Shown piece by piece: positions 26,885 through 35,500 of a stretch of 64,000 nucleotides of DNA. The notes under the pieces are model-generated. The model searched no databases. It saw nothing but the letters and a program-made list of their open reading frames with translations, and was not told where the DNA came from. The translations under genes were made by a program, and so were the position numbers. Source of the DNA: Clostridia bacterium (GTDB lineage Bacteria > Bacillota > Clostridia > Christensenellales > Borkfalkiaceae); NCBI GenBank assembly GCA_029060985.1, contig JAIDSX010000064.1, forward strand, positions 1,838-65,837, in the 5' to 3' direction. Each line of letters starts with the position of its first letter. Position 1 is the first letter of the stretch.

Positions 26885-28170
26885 GCGTTCTTGACTTCGA
26901 TCTTATCCTTCCCGCCCATGTAGGGACGGAGCACTTCGGGAATGACGACGCTGCCGTCCGCCTGCAAGTGATTCTCGATAAACGCGATCAGCATACGGGG
27001 CGGAGCTACCACGGTGTTGTTGAGGGTGTGCGCAAACGCGCTCCCCTCCTTCGTCTTGTAGCGGATACCGAGGCGGCGCGCCTGCGCGTCGGTGAGGTTG
27101 GAACATGACCCCACCTCGAAATATTTCTTCTGACGGGGCGACCACGCCTCCACGTCTACGCTTCTGAATTTGAGGTCTGCCAAATCGCCCGAACAGCATT
27201 CGAGCGTTCTTACGGGAATGCCCATCGAAACAAACAGCTCCACCGTATAATTCCACATTTTTTCATACCACGCCGCGCTGTCCTCGGGCTTGCAGATGAC
27301 GATCATCTCCTGCTTCTCGAACTGGTGAATACGGTAGATGCCGCGCTCCTCGATGCCGTGCGCGCCCTTCTCCTTGCGGAAGCAGGGCGAATAGCTCGTG
27401 AGCGTTAAGGGGAGCTTGCTTTCGTCCACCGTCTGCCCCATAAAACGACCGATCATGGAGTGTTCGCTCGTACCGATGAGGTACAGATCCTCGCCCTCGA
27501 TCTTGTACATCATGCCGTCCATTTCCTCGAAGCTCATGACCCCCGTCACCACGGACGAACGAATCATGAAGGGCGGAATGCAGTAGGTGAAGCCCTTGTT
27601 TATCATAAAGTCGCGGGCGTAGGTGATGACCGCGGAATGCAGCCGCGCGATATCGCCCGTCAAATAATAGAAGCCCTGCCCGCTCGTGCGGCGCGCGCTG
27701 TCCACGTCGATCCCGTCGAGCTTTTCCAAAATGTCAATGTGATAGGGAATTTCAAAATCGGGAACTTTCGGCTCTAAATAACGCTTGCGCTCCACGTTTT
27801 CGCTGTCGTCCTTGCCGATGGGCGTATCGGGCGAAATGATATTCGGAATACGCATCATTACGTCTTTAAGGCGAGCGGCGACCTCTTCCGATTCCTTTTC
27901 GACCTCTTCAAGGCGCTTTGCGTTGGCGTTTACCTTCGCCTTGACCTCTTCCGCTTCCTTGACTTTTTTCTCGCGCATCAAAAGCCCGATCTCTTTGCTC
28001 AAAGAATTGCGGGACGCGCGGAGATTATCCCCTTCCGTTTGAAGGGCGCGCTTCTTCGTATCGAGCTCGATCGCCTCGTCCACGAGGGGGAGTTTTTTAT
28101 CCTGAAACTTCTTTTTGATATTTTCGCGCACCTTATCGGGATTTGCGCGTAAAAAGGCAATATCTATCAT
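26881..28170 (-). CDS. serS: Seryl-tRNA synthetase
   Basis: 429 aa. N-terminal coiled-coil arm and class II motifs (FRKEKGAHG, TLNNTVVAPPRMLIAFIENH). Confidence 0.95.
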   Translation of the reverse strand: MIDIAFLRANPDKVRENIKKKFQDKKLPLVDEAIELDTKKRALQTEGDNLRASRNSLSKEIGLLMREKKVKEAEEVKAKVNANAKRLEEVEKESEEVAARLKDVMMRIPNIISPDTPIGKDDSENVERKRYLEPKVPDFEIPYHIDILEKLDGIDVDSARRTSGQGFYYLTGDIARLHSAVITYARDFMINKGFTYCIPPFMIRSSVVTGVMSFEEMDGMMYKIEGEDLYLIGTSEHSMIGRFMGQTVDESKLPLTLTSYSPCFRKEKGAHGIEERGIYRIHQFEKQEMIVICKPEDSAAWYEKMWNYTVELFVSMGIPVRTLECCSGDLADLKFRSVDVEAWSPRQKKYFEVGSCSNLTDAQARRLGIRYKTKEGSAFAHTLNNTVVAPPRMLIAFIENHLQADGSVVIPEVLRPYMGGKDKIEVKNA

Positions 28171-28242
28171 AATAGGTCTCCTTTATTTTTCAATTCCGAT
28201 TATACACCATTTTTATTTTGAAAGCAAAGGATTTACAAGGTT

Positions 28243-28287
28243 AAAAAAGAAAAACCCTCGGTGACTTTTTATCACCGAGAGTTTTTT
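28243..28287 (-). terminator. Terminator after the LRR gene
   Basis: Minus strand: ctcggtgataaaaagtcaccgag ggtttttctttttt. Confidence 0.7.
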
Positions 28288-28288
28288 A

Positions 28289-29530
28289 TTACGCTATCTC
28301 GTTTCCGTCCTTATCCAGCTTACCATCCTTGCATTGCACGGTAAAATCGCCCGTCCAACCATTCCAATCCTCTCCCTTTTCAATCGCTTCCCACTCCGCT
28401 TTCGTTCCTTGAAACTGAATACTCGTAAGCCTGCTACAACTACTGAACGCGCACTCCCCGATTCCCGTCACACTGTTCGGTATCGTAACACTCGTAAGCC
28501 TGCTACAATTACTGAACGCGCCCTCCCCGATTTCCGTCACACTGTTCGGTATCGTAATGCCTGTAAGTCCGCTACTATTGAACGCATACTCCCCGATACT
28601 CGTGACACTGTTCGATATCGTAATCTCCGTAAGACCTCTGCAACCCTCGAATGCAATCTCCCCGATACTCGTTACACCGTTCAGAAGCGTAACACTCGTA
28701 AGAGAGCTGCAACCCGCGAACGTCGCCCTCTCGATTTTCTTCACTCCGCTCGGAATCGTAATACTCGTAAGGGAGCTGCAACTACCGAACGCGCCCTCCC
28801 CGATTTCCGTCACACTGTTCGGTATCGTAATGCCTGTAAGTCCGCAATCATAAAACGCGTGCTTCCCGATACTCGTCACGCCGTTTGGAATCGTAATACT
28901 CGTAAGGGAGCTGCAACCCGAGAACGCATGATACCCGATACTCGTCACACTATTCGGTATCGTAATACCCGCAAGTGTAAGGGAGCTGCAACCATAAAAC
29001 GCGTACCCCCCGATACTCGTAACACTGTCGGGAATCGTAATACTCGTAAGAGAGCTACACTTGGAGAACATACTATTCCCGATACTCGTCACGCCGTTTG
29101 GAATCGTAATACTCGTAAGGGAGCTGCAACCCTCGAACGCATCATCCCCGATACTCGTTACGCTGTCAGCAATCGTAATACTCATAAGGGATCTGCAATC
29201 ATGGAACGCGTACTCCCCGATACTCACGATCCCGTTCGGGATCGTAACGCTCCTAAGTTCCCTGCAACCCCGGAACACACTATCCTCGATACTCGTTACC
29301 GGAAGATTATTATACGTATTTCCGATCACGATTTCCGTGGCGGCACAATTTCCCATACCATTAACACAATAAGTACCGTCGTCAACTTTCAACGCATACG
29401 ATAACCCTTTCGTGCCCGCAACGACCGCTTCGCCGTCTTCCCCGTCATTCTCTCTACAAGCCGTAAAACCGATTGCGGCGGTAACTGCCATAAAAGCGGC
29501 AAGACAGCCGACCAATAGTTTTTTACGCAT
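28289..29530 (-). CDS. BspA-type leucine-rich-repeat surface lipoprotein
   Basis: 413 aa from ATG 29530. Lipobox AIGFTAC, then about 13-14 repeats of about 23 aa (ITIPNSVTSIGxxAFxxCSSLTS). Confidence 0.85.
   Translation of the reverse strand: MRKKLLVGCLAAFMAVTAAIGFTACRENDGEDGEAVVAGTKGLSYALKVDDGTYCVNGMGNCAATEIVIGNTYNNLPVTSIEDSVFRGCRELRSVTIPNGIVSIGEYAFHDCRSLMSITIADSVTSIGDDAFEGCSSLTSITIPNGVTSIGNSMFSKCSSLTSITIPDSVTSIGGYAFYGCSSLTLAGITIPNSVTSIGYHAFSGCSSLTSITIPNGVTSIGKHAFYDCGLTGITIPNSVTEIGEGAFGSCSSLTSITIPSGVKKIERATFAGCSSLTSVTLLNGVTSIGEIAFEGCRGLTEITISNSVTSIGEYAFNSSGLTGITIPNSVTEIGEGAFSNCSRLTSVTIPNSVTGIGECAFSSCSRLTSIQFQGTKAEWEAIEKGEDWNGWTGDFTVQCKDGKLDKDGNEIA
28410..29290 (-). repeat. Tandem ~69-nt coding repeats (LRR units)
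   Basis: Recurring ggtatcgtaat / actcgtaag / gctgcaac blocks at about 69-nt spacing inside the LRR CDS. Coordinates are approximate. Confidence 0.7.
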
Positions 29531-29704
29531 AATCCCTCCCCCGAAAATATAGCTTTGTAAAATTATATCACCGTTTAAGAAATTTATCAATGTTTTCGGG
29601 AAGAATTTCCGCAAAGCGCCCGAAAAAACGAACGGGAAAATACTTTGACAAAACCGTATTATGTGGTATAATAGAAATACAGTTCATTTTTTGAAGAGGT
29701 TACT

Positions 29705-32617
29705 TTGGAAACCAATCAGACTGAAAAACCTTCCGAGGAGAAGGAAGAGGCGGCAAAGGTAAAGAAAGCCGCAACGGAAAAAACGCCCGAAAAAACGGAG
29801 AAGGCGGAAAAAGCCGCTCCGTCTAAAACGACGCGCACAAAACCTGCGGAAAAGAAATCGGAAAAGCCGAAAGCAAAACCCGTAAAGGAAGAAGCCGAAA
29901 AAAAGCCCGCTCCCGAAAAGGAAGAAGAGAAAGCAACCGAACAGGCGGAAGCGGCACTGAATGCGGAGCCGCAGGCGGAAGGCGAGGCGGGCAAAGACGA
30001 AAGTTTGGAAATCGTTCCAGAAGGCGAAACGAAGCGCCCGCACTTCTCTTCGCGTATGCTTAATCGCGGCACGCCCGAAGAGCTTGCAAAAAAGAAGCGC
30101 AAAAAGCTGATGAAAAAGTTCCGCCGGGCAAAGAAGATTCCCAATAGCTCCGACGTGGAGCGTTTTACGCCGTCCGTGGACGAGGGGCTTTCGCCCGAAC
30201 AGGTGGAAACGCGCTTTAACCAATTTTTGTTCAACGACGTCAATAAGAAATACTCTAAGTCCTACAAGAGCATTTTCTTCGGCAATATCTGCACGGTGTT
30301 CAACCTTCTCTGCGTGTTGGTTGCCGCCGCCCTGATCGTTGCGCAAGCGCCCATTACGCAATTTTTGTTCGTGGGCATTTTCGGCGTAAACCTCGTCATC
30401 GGGATCGTGCAGGAAATTCTTGCAAAAAAACAGACCGATAAACTTTCCGTTCTGATTTCTTCGACCGCAAAGGTCGTGCGGAACGGCGCAACGGTAGAAA
30501 TTCCGATACAGGATATCGTCGTAGACGACGTCATTATTCTGGAAGCGGGACAGCAAGTCCCCGCCGACTGCATTATGGAGGAAGGCAACGCCGAAGTAAA
30601 CGAATCCCTCTTGACGGGTGAATCGGTTGCAATCAAAAAAACGCACGGCGATATTTTGTACGCGGGCAGCTTTATTGCAAGCGGCACGTGCAAAGTCCGC
30701 GCCGACAAGGTGGGCAAAGCGACCTACCTCAACAACCTCACCTCCAAGGCGAAAAAGTACAAAAAACCCAAGTCGGAAATTCTCAATTCCATTCGCTTAT
30801 TTATCCGCGTGATCGGCGTTTTGATTCCCTTCGTCGCGGCGGCAATGTTCTGGCGCAACTGGGAACAGACGGGGCACGATATGTCCCTCTCCATTCAGTA
30901 CACGGGCTCTATCGTGATCGGTATGATCCCCTCGGGACTCCTGCTTCTCACCTCGCTTGCCATGGCGATCGGCGTAAGGCGGCTCGCCAAAAAGCAGACC
31001 CTCGTGCAGGACTTGTACTCTTTGGAAATGCTCGCGCGCGTGAACACGCTCTGCCTCGACAAGACGGGAACGATCACCGACGGGCGCATGACCGTAAACG
31101 ACTGTATGGTTTTATCGAGCTTCGTCGATTACACGATCGACGAAATCATGGGCTGTATGCTCGCCTCGCTTGAAGATAACAACCAGACCTCGATCGCACT
31201 CTTCAACCGCTTCGGACACTCGAACGTCATGCAGCCTTCGGCGACCCTGCCCTTTTCGAGCAAGCGCAAGCTCTCCGCAGTTTCCTTCCAGGGCGTGGGA
31301 ACGTTTGTTATGGGCGCGCCCGAGTTCGTGCTCCGTCCCATGCCGCCGAAGATCGACAAGATCGTAAAGCAATACGCGCAGTCGGGCTTGCGCGTACTCG
31401 TCGTGGCGTTCTCGCCCAATCAGATGAGCGGCGGAAGAGTTCCCTCTCTCCTGCGCCCGACGGCGATCATCACACTCATGGACAATATCCGCGAGGACGC
31501 GGTCGAAACCATTAAATGGTTCCGCGAGAACGACGTGGATATCAAAATCATTTCGGGCGACAACCCCGTGACAGTATCCGAGGTTGCCCGCCGCGTCGGC
31601 GTAAAGCACGCGGGACAGTATATCTCCCTCGACGGGCTGACCGATATCGAAGTGGAGAACGTCGCCAACCAGTACACCGTGTTCGGACGGGTCACGCCCG
31701 AACAGAAGGCGATTCTGGTGCGCACCATCAAAAAGCAGGGCAACACGGTCGCCATGACGGGCGACGGCGTAAACGATATTCTCGCCCTCAAAGAAGCGGA
31801 CTGCGCGATCTCCGTTGCCTCGGGCAGTGAAGCGGCACGCAACGTTTCGCATATCGTCCTTATGGACAACAACTTCTTAAATCTGCCCAACGTCGTTTAC
31901 GAGGGGCGACGGGTCATCAACAATATCAAAAACAGCGCTTCGCTCTACCTCATGAAAACGCTGTTCATCACCATTCTTGCGATCATCTGCTTTGCGATGA
32001 GCCACAAGTATTTCTTCACGACGGATAATATGCTTCTCTTCGAAATGCTCGTTGCGGCGCTCCCGTCCTTCGTCATTTCCCTGCAACCGAACAAAAACCG
32101 CGTGAAGGGCAAGTTCCTACTATATATCCTATCACGATCTATCCCGTCCGCACTGACGCTATTATTCTGCGTGATTGCCGTATTCCTCGGAATACGCTTC
32201 GCTCCCGGAGAACAGCTCGGCGGGCTTGACGTCGTCTACGACAACGGCGTGCTGAATATGACGCCGACGGCAGACGCACTCAAAGCGGCGCAGGATCTTG
32301 CGCGCGTGCCCGAAAGCGGCGTGGACGTATTGACAAATCCGCTCTTGCTCCTTGCCGTAACGCTCGGCGGTATGGTAACGCTGTTCAGGATCTTACAGCC
32401 CATGAACTTGTTGCGCTCCGTCACCTTCCTCGTAGCGTTCGGCGGCGTTTTGGTAATGCTATGCGTTCCCATCTTGGGCACGATCGTGTATAAAGGTTGG
32501 TTGGACGTGCACTTCAACTTTACGCAAATCCTGTTTATCGTGTGCACGATCCTTGCGGCGTTCCCCATATCGAGCAGTCTCATAAAGGTTTTCGATCTCA
32601 TGAACAGCAAGGATTAG
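29705..32617 (+). CDS. P-type cation-transporting ATPase (HAD superfamily IC) with a ~150-aa K/E/A/P-rich N-terminal extension
   Basis: 970 aa. DKTGTITDG phosphorylation motif, MTGDGVNDILALKEAD and TGES. TTG start after GAAGAGG. TTGACA-16-TATAAT (TG-extended) promoter at about 29646-29673. Confidence 0.88.
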   Translation: METNQTEKPSEEKEEAAKVKKAATEKTPEKTEKAEKAAPSKTTRTKPAEKKSEKPKAKPVKEEAEKKPAPEKEEEKATEQAEAALNAEPQAEGEAGKDESLEIVPEGETKRPHFSSRMLNRGTPEELAKKKRKKLMKKFRRAKKIPNSSDVERFTPSVDEGLSPEQVETRFNQFLFNDVNKKYSKSYKSIFFGNICTVFNLLCVLVAAALIVAQAPITQFLFVGIFGVNLVIGIVQEILAKKQTDKLSVLISSTAKVVRNGATVEIPIQDIVVDDVIILEAGQQVPADCIMEEGNAEVNESLLTGESVAIKKTHGDILYAGSFIASGTCKVRADKVGKATYLNNLTSKAKKYKKPKSEILNSIRLFIRVIGVLIPFVAAAMFWRNWEQTGHDMSLSIQYTGSIVIGMIPSGLLLLTSLAMAIGVRRLAKKQTLVQDLYSLEMLARVNTLCLDKTGTITDGRMTVNDCMVLSSFVDYTIDEIMGCMLASLEDNNQTSIALFNRFGHSNVMQPSATLPFSSKRKLSAVSFQGVGTFVMGAPEFVLRPMPPKIDKIVKQYAQSGLRVLVVAFSPNQMSGGRVPSLLRPTAIITLMDNIREDAVETIKWFRENDVDIKIISGDNPVTVSEVARRVGVKHAGQYISLDGLTDIEVENVANQYTVFGRVTPEQKAILVRTIKKQGNTVAMTGDGVNDILALKEADCAISVASGSEAARNVSHIVLMDNNFLNLPNVVYEGRRVINNIKNSASLYLMKTLFITILAIICFAMSHKYFFTTDNMLLFEMLVAALPSFVISLQPNKNRVKGKFLLYILSRSIPSALTLLFCVIAVFLGIRFAPGEQLGGLDVVYDNGVLNMTPTADALKAAQDLARVPESGVDVLTNPLLLLAVTLGGMVTLFRILQPMNLLRSVTFLVAFGGVLVMLCVPILGTIVYKGWLDVHFNFTQILFIVCTILAAFPISSSLIKVFDLMNSKD

Positions 32618-32629
32618 GAAATAAAAAGT

Positions 32630-32662
32630 TTAGCCCTCGGCGTTCCGCCGAGGGCTGTTTTT
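32630..32662. terminator. Terminator between convergent genes
   Basis: agccctcggcgttccgccgagggct gttttttt. Confidence 0.8.
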
Positions 32663-32674
32663 TTATAATGTAAT

Positions 32675-33220
32675 TTAGAATTTTTCCGCAAGCGCGGCGG
32701 CTTGTTTTACGCCGTCCGTTTTGTCGATATCCCCCACGTTCAATACGCCGGGGATCAACACTTCGCCGACCGACTTCCAATTCAAAAGCGCAATGCTCTT
32801 TTCGTAGGGGATTTTTACGCCGTCCATGACCGTAACGTCGTCCTCTTCGCAGCAAGTGATGAGCGCGCATTCTTTCCCCGAAATATCCTTGCCCGCAATG
32901 CAGAAGGAATACAGTCTGTCGATTACGCCCTTGATTTGCGCGGGGAAGGAATACCAATAGACGGGGGTCGTGAACACGATCGCGTCCGCCTCCAAAATCG
33001 ACGGTGCGATTTGGTTAAAGTCGTCGTCAAAGCTGCACGCCTTGCCCGATTTGAAGCAGGTCGTGCAGGCATGACAACCGCCGACCTTTTTGAGCGCCGC
33101 GTCAAACCGCGTGACTGTATGCCCCTTTGCCTGAGCCGCCTTGATAAAGGCGTCCGTCATCTTAAAGCTGTTTCCGTTCTTACGGGGACTGCCCGTAATG
33201 ACTACGATTTTCTTTTTCAT
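32675..33220 (-). CDS. Flavodoxin-like NAD(P)H-dependent FMN reductase / iron-sulfur flavoprotein family
   Basis: 181 aa. ITGSPRKNGNS FMN-binding loop, a Cys cluster (GGCHACTTCFKSGKAC) and TPVYWYS. Confidence 0.8.
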   Translation of the reverse strand: MKKKIVVITGSPRKNGNSFKMTDAFIKAAQAKGHTVTRFDAALKKVGGCHACTTCFKSGKACSFDDDFNQIAPSILEADAIVFTTPVYWYSFPAQIKGVIDRLYSFCIAGKDISGKECALITCCEEDDVTVMDGVKIPYEKSIALLNWKSVGEVLIPGVLNVGDIDKTDGVKQAAALAEKF

Positions 33221-33239
33221 AATATACCTCTTTTATTTT

Positions 33240-34088
33240 TTAATAATTATCGTCGATAAATTCAAGCAGCTTTTCGTTCGGAGGCAAAAAGCCGTGCACC
33301 CCGCCCTGTTTTACGATAAGCTCCGCATTCGGATAAGTTTGAGCCGCTTGCTCGCTGTACGAAATATTTACGAGGTCGTCCGCCGTGCCGTGGAAGAGGA
33401 GCACGGGCTTTGAAAACTGAGGCATCTTCTCGAAGATATCCAAATCGCGCATGGCAAGCACGAAGTTTTTCCCGAGCGTTACGCCCATCCACGGAATCGT
33501 TTCGGGAATTTTATTGTCATTTGGATACATCGCCTTCCAATCGACGGGAATATTAAACGCGGGGTACAACAACACAACGCCGTTCAAATCGTCCGCTCTG
33601 TCCTCCGCCGCCATTGCAGTGACCATACCGCCCTGACTGCCGCCGCATAAGAAGAGCCCGTCAAACCATTTCAAACTTTTTGCATAATCCATGACCGCAA
33701 GTAAATCTTCCTTTTCGGTATAGAGCGTCATATCCGTCGTTGCAAAACCGCTCGTGTCGCGCGCGCCGCTTCCGCAGAACGTAAAGGTGATCGCGCCGAT
33801 CCCGTTCTCCATGAGATATTGTGCCGACGACTTGAAGTCGTCCTTATACCCGTTGTAGCCGTGGCTGAAAATCACGATGGGGAAATAGGACGCGTCGGGA
33901 CGGTACACCTCCGCGCTGACCGTACGCCCGTGATGCGTGATCTCCACCGTCTCCACGCCCGGCGCGGGGTCGGGAACAGGTGCAGGAGCGGGCGCGGGCT
34001 CAGACCCGCCCTTCTCTCCGCAGGCAAACATACACAAAGAAGCAATCATAGCAATCACCACACAAAATAATTTTTTAATCTTTTTCAT
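33240..34088 (-). CDS. Alpha/beta hydrolase lipoprotein
   Basis: 282 aa from ATG 34088. Lipobox CMFAC, nucleophile elbow GGSQGG, and a C-terminal HG...GGVHGF. Confidence 0.75.
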   Translation of the reverse strand: MKKIKKLFCVVIAMIASLCMFACGEKGGSEPAPAPAPVPDPAPGVETVEITHHGRTVSAEVYRPDASYFPIVIFSHGYNGYKDDFKSSAQYLMENGIGAITFTFCGSGARDTSGFATTDMTLYTEKEDLLAVMDYAKSLKWFDGLFLCGGSQGGMVTAMAAEDRADDLNGVVLLYPAFNIPVDWKAMYPNDNKIPETIPWMGVTLGKNFVLAMRDLDIFEKMPQFSKPVLLFHGTADDLVNISYSEQAAQTYPNAELIVKQGGVHGFLPPNEKLLEFIDDNY

Positions 34089-34215
34089 CGTTTTGCCCTC
34101 GCCACGCAATTCAAAATAGCATTGACAAAAAGATTATATTATGATACTATTTTTCTGTCAAGTACGCACATAAAAGTGCGGTACTAACCAAAAGTAGAGT
34201 GTAAAAGGAAGAACT

Positions 34216-34557
34216 ATGGGAAACGAAAAATCAAGATGTATCGCCTCGGAAAAACTATGCGAAACGGGATTCAGCTATACGCTGTCGCTCATCAACGGCA
34301 AATATAAAATGACGATTCTCTATACGCTCATGGAATTTACCGTCGTGCGCTATAACGAGTTACAGCGGTATATCAAGGGAATTTCATATAAGTCGCTGAG
34401 CCAATCCTTAAAGGAGTTGGAGCGGGACGGACTCATTCTCCGCAAGGAATATCCGCAGATTCCGCCGAAGGTCGAATACAGTTTATCCGAACGCGGAAAA
34501 TCGCTGATGCCCCTTTTAGACGGTATGTGCGAATGGGGCGATAAAAACAGAATATAA
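34216..34557 (+). CDS. HxlR-family transcriptional regulator (second copy)
   Basis: 113 aa. NGKYKMTILYTL and PPKVEYSLSERG motifs. Divergent from the hydrolase-flavoprotein operon. An imperfect palindrome agtacgcac-N6-gtgcggtact lies in its leader. Confidence 0.9.
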   Translation: MGNEKSRCIASEKLCETGFSYTLSLINGKYKMTILYTLMEFTVVRYNELQRYIKGISYKSLSQSLKELERDGLILRKEYPQIPPKVEYSLSERGKSLMPLLDGMCEWGDKNRI

Positions 34558-34586
34558 AAAGGCGGCGGGAAACCCGCCGTTTTTTT
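34556..34586. terminator. Bidirectional terminator overlapping the nadA stop
   Basis: aaaaaggcggcgggaaacccgccgttttttt. Confidence 0.75.
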
Positions 34587-35499
34587 AACCGCCTAATTCA
34601 ATCATTTTATCAATAGGACGCTTTGCCGCTAAACGCAAGGACTCGTCCAAAACAATTTCTTCGCCGCCGCCTAAAAGACAGTCGTACACGCTTTTGAGTG
34701 TCGTCAGGCGCATATTCAAACACACGAGCCCCTTCGAAAGAGGATAAAACTTTTTTTCGGGACACTCGTATTGCAGGTGCTCGACGATCGAATTCTCCGT
34801 CCCGATAATAAACTCCTTCCGTTCGCTCTTCTTGGCAAAGTCCATAATACCGCTCGTAGAGCCTATGTAATCCGCACTTTTTGTGACCTCGTCGTCACAT
34901 TCGGGATGAACGAGAAGAAGCGCGTTCGGATGCTCCGCTTTTGCCCACTGAACGTCCCTTCGCCCCGCCTTCATATGAATGGGGCAGCCGCCGTCGAAAA
35001 AGTGAAAGGTCTTTTCGGGAAGGCTCTTTGCGCAGTAGCCGCCTAAGTTGCAGTCGGGCACGAACAGGATCTCTTTTTCGGGAAGGCGGGATAATACCTT
35101 CACCGCGGACGAGGACGTTACGCACACGTCGCTCATCGCCTTGACCTTTGCCGTCGTGTTGATATAAGCCGCCGTGACGGCATTCGGGTACTTCTCTTGG
35201 AGCGCCTTCAAAAGCTCAGGCGTAAGCTCGTCCGCCATGGGACAGCCCGCGTCTTTTTCGGATAAAATCACGCGCTTTTCTGGCGCTAAAATCTTGACCG
35301 TCTCCGCCATGAAGCGCACACCGCACATTAAAACCGTTTGCTCTTTTGCGCCCTTGACCGCCGTCGCCAGACGGTAGCTGTCGCCCGTGACGTCCGCGAT
35401 CTCCAAAATCTCGTGCCGCTCGTAAGAGTGCGCAAGAATCAAAACGCCCTTCTCTTTTTTCAGCCGCAGAATTTCATTCTGCAATTCCCGTATCGTCAT
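34585..35499 (-). CDS. nadA: Quinolinate synthase
   Basis: 304 aa. ILAHSYERHEI, GVRFMAETVKIL and DAGCPMA motifs typical of NadA. Confidence 0.9.
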   Translation of the reverse strand: MTIRELQNEILRLKKEKGVLILAHSYERHEILEIADVTGDSYRLATAVKGAKEQTVLMCGVRFMAETVKILAPEKRVILSEKDAGCPMADELTPELLKALQEKYPNAVTAAYINTTAKVKAMSDVCVTSSSAVKVLSRLPEKEILFVPDCNLGGYCAKSLPEKTFHFFDGGCPIHMKAGRRDVQWAKAEHPNALLLVHPECDDEVTKSADYIGSTSGIMDFAKKSERKEFIIGTENSIVEHLQYECPEKKFYPLSKGLVCLNMRLTTLKSVYDCLLGGGEEIVLDESLRLAAKRPIDKMIELGG

Positions 35500-35500
35500 C

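Noticed and set aside
28171-28288. Looked for T-box leaders upstream of serS, and likewise upstream of the cysS/alaS operon (51919-51935, 52566-52700).
   Set aside because: The serS spacer is only 118 nt and is largely taken up by the neighbouring terminator. No specifier-loop/T-box (AGGGUGGNACCGCG-like) sequence was seen in any of these spacers.
28334-29404. Periodic repeats that could be mistaken for a CRISPR-like array, plus a 356-aa repetitive + strand ORF.
   Set aside because: The repeats are contiguous about 69-nt coding units of an LRR protein with no spacers. The + strand ORF is the mirror image of that periodicity.
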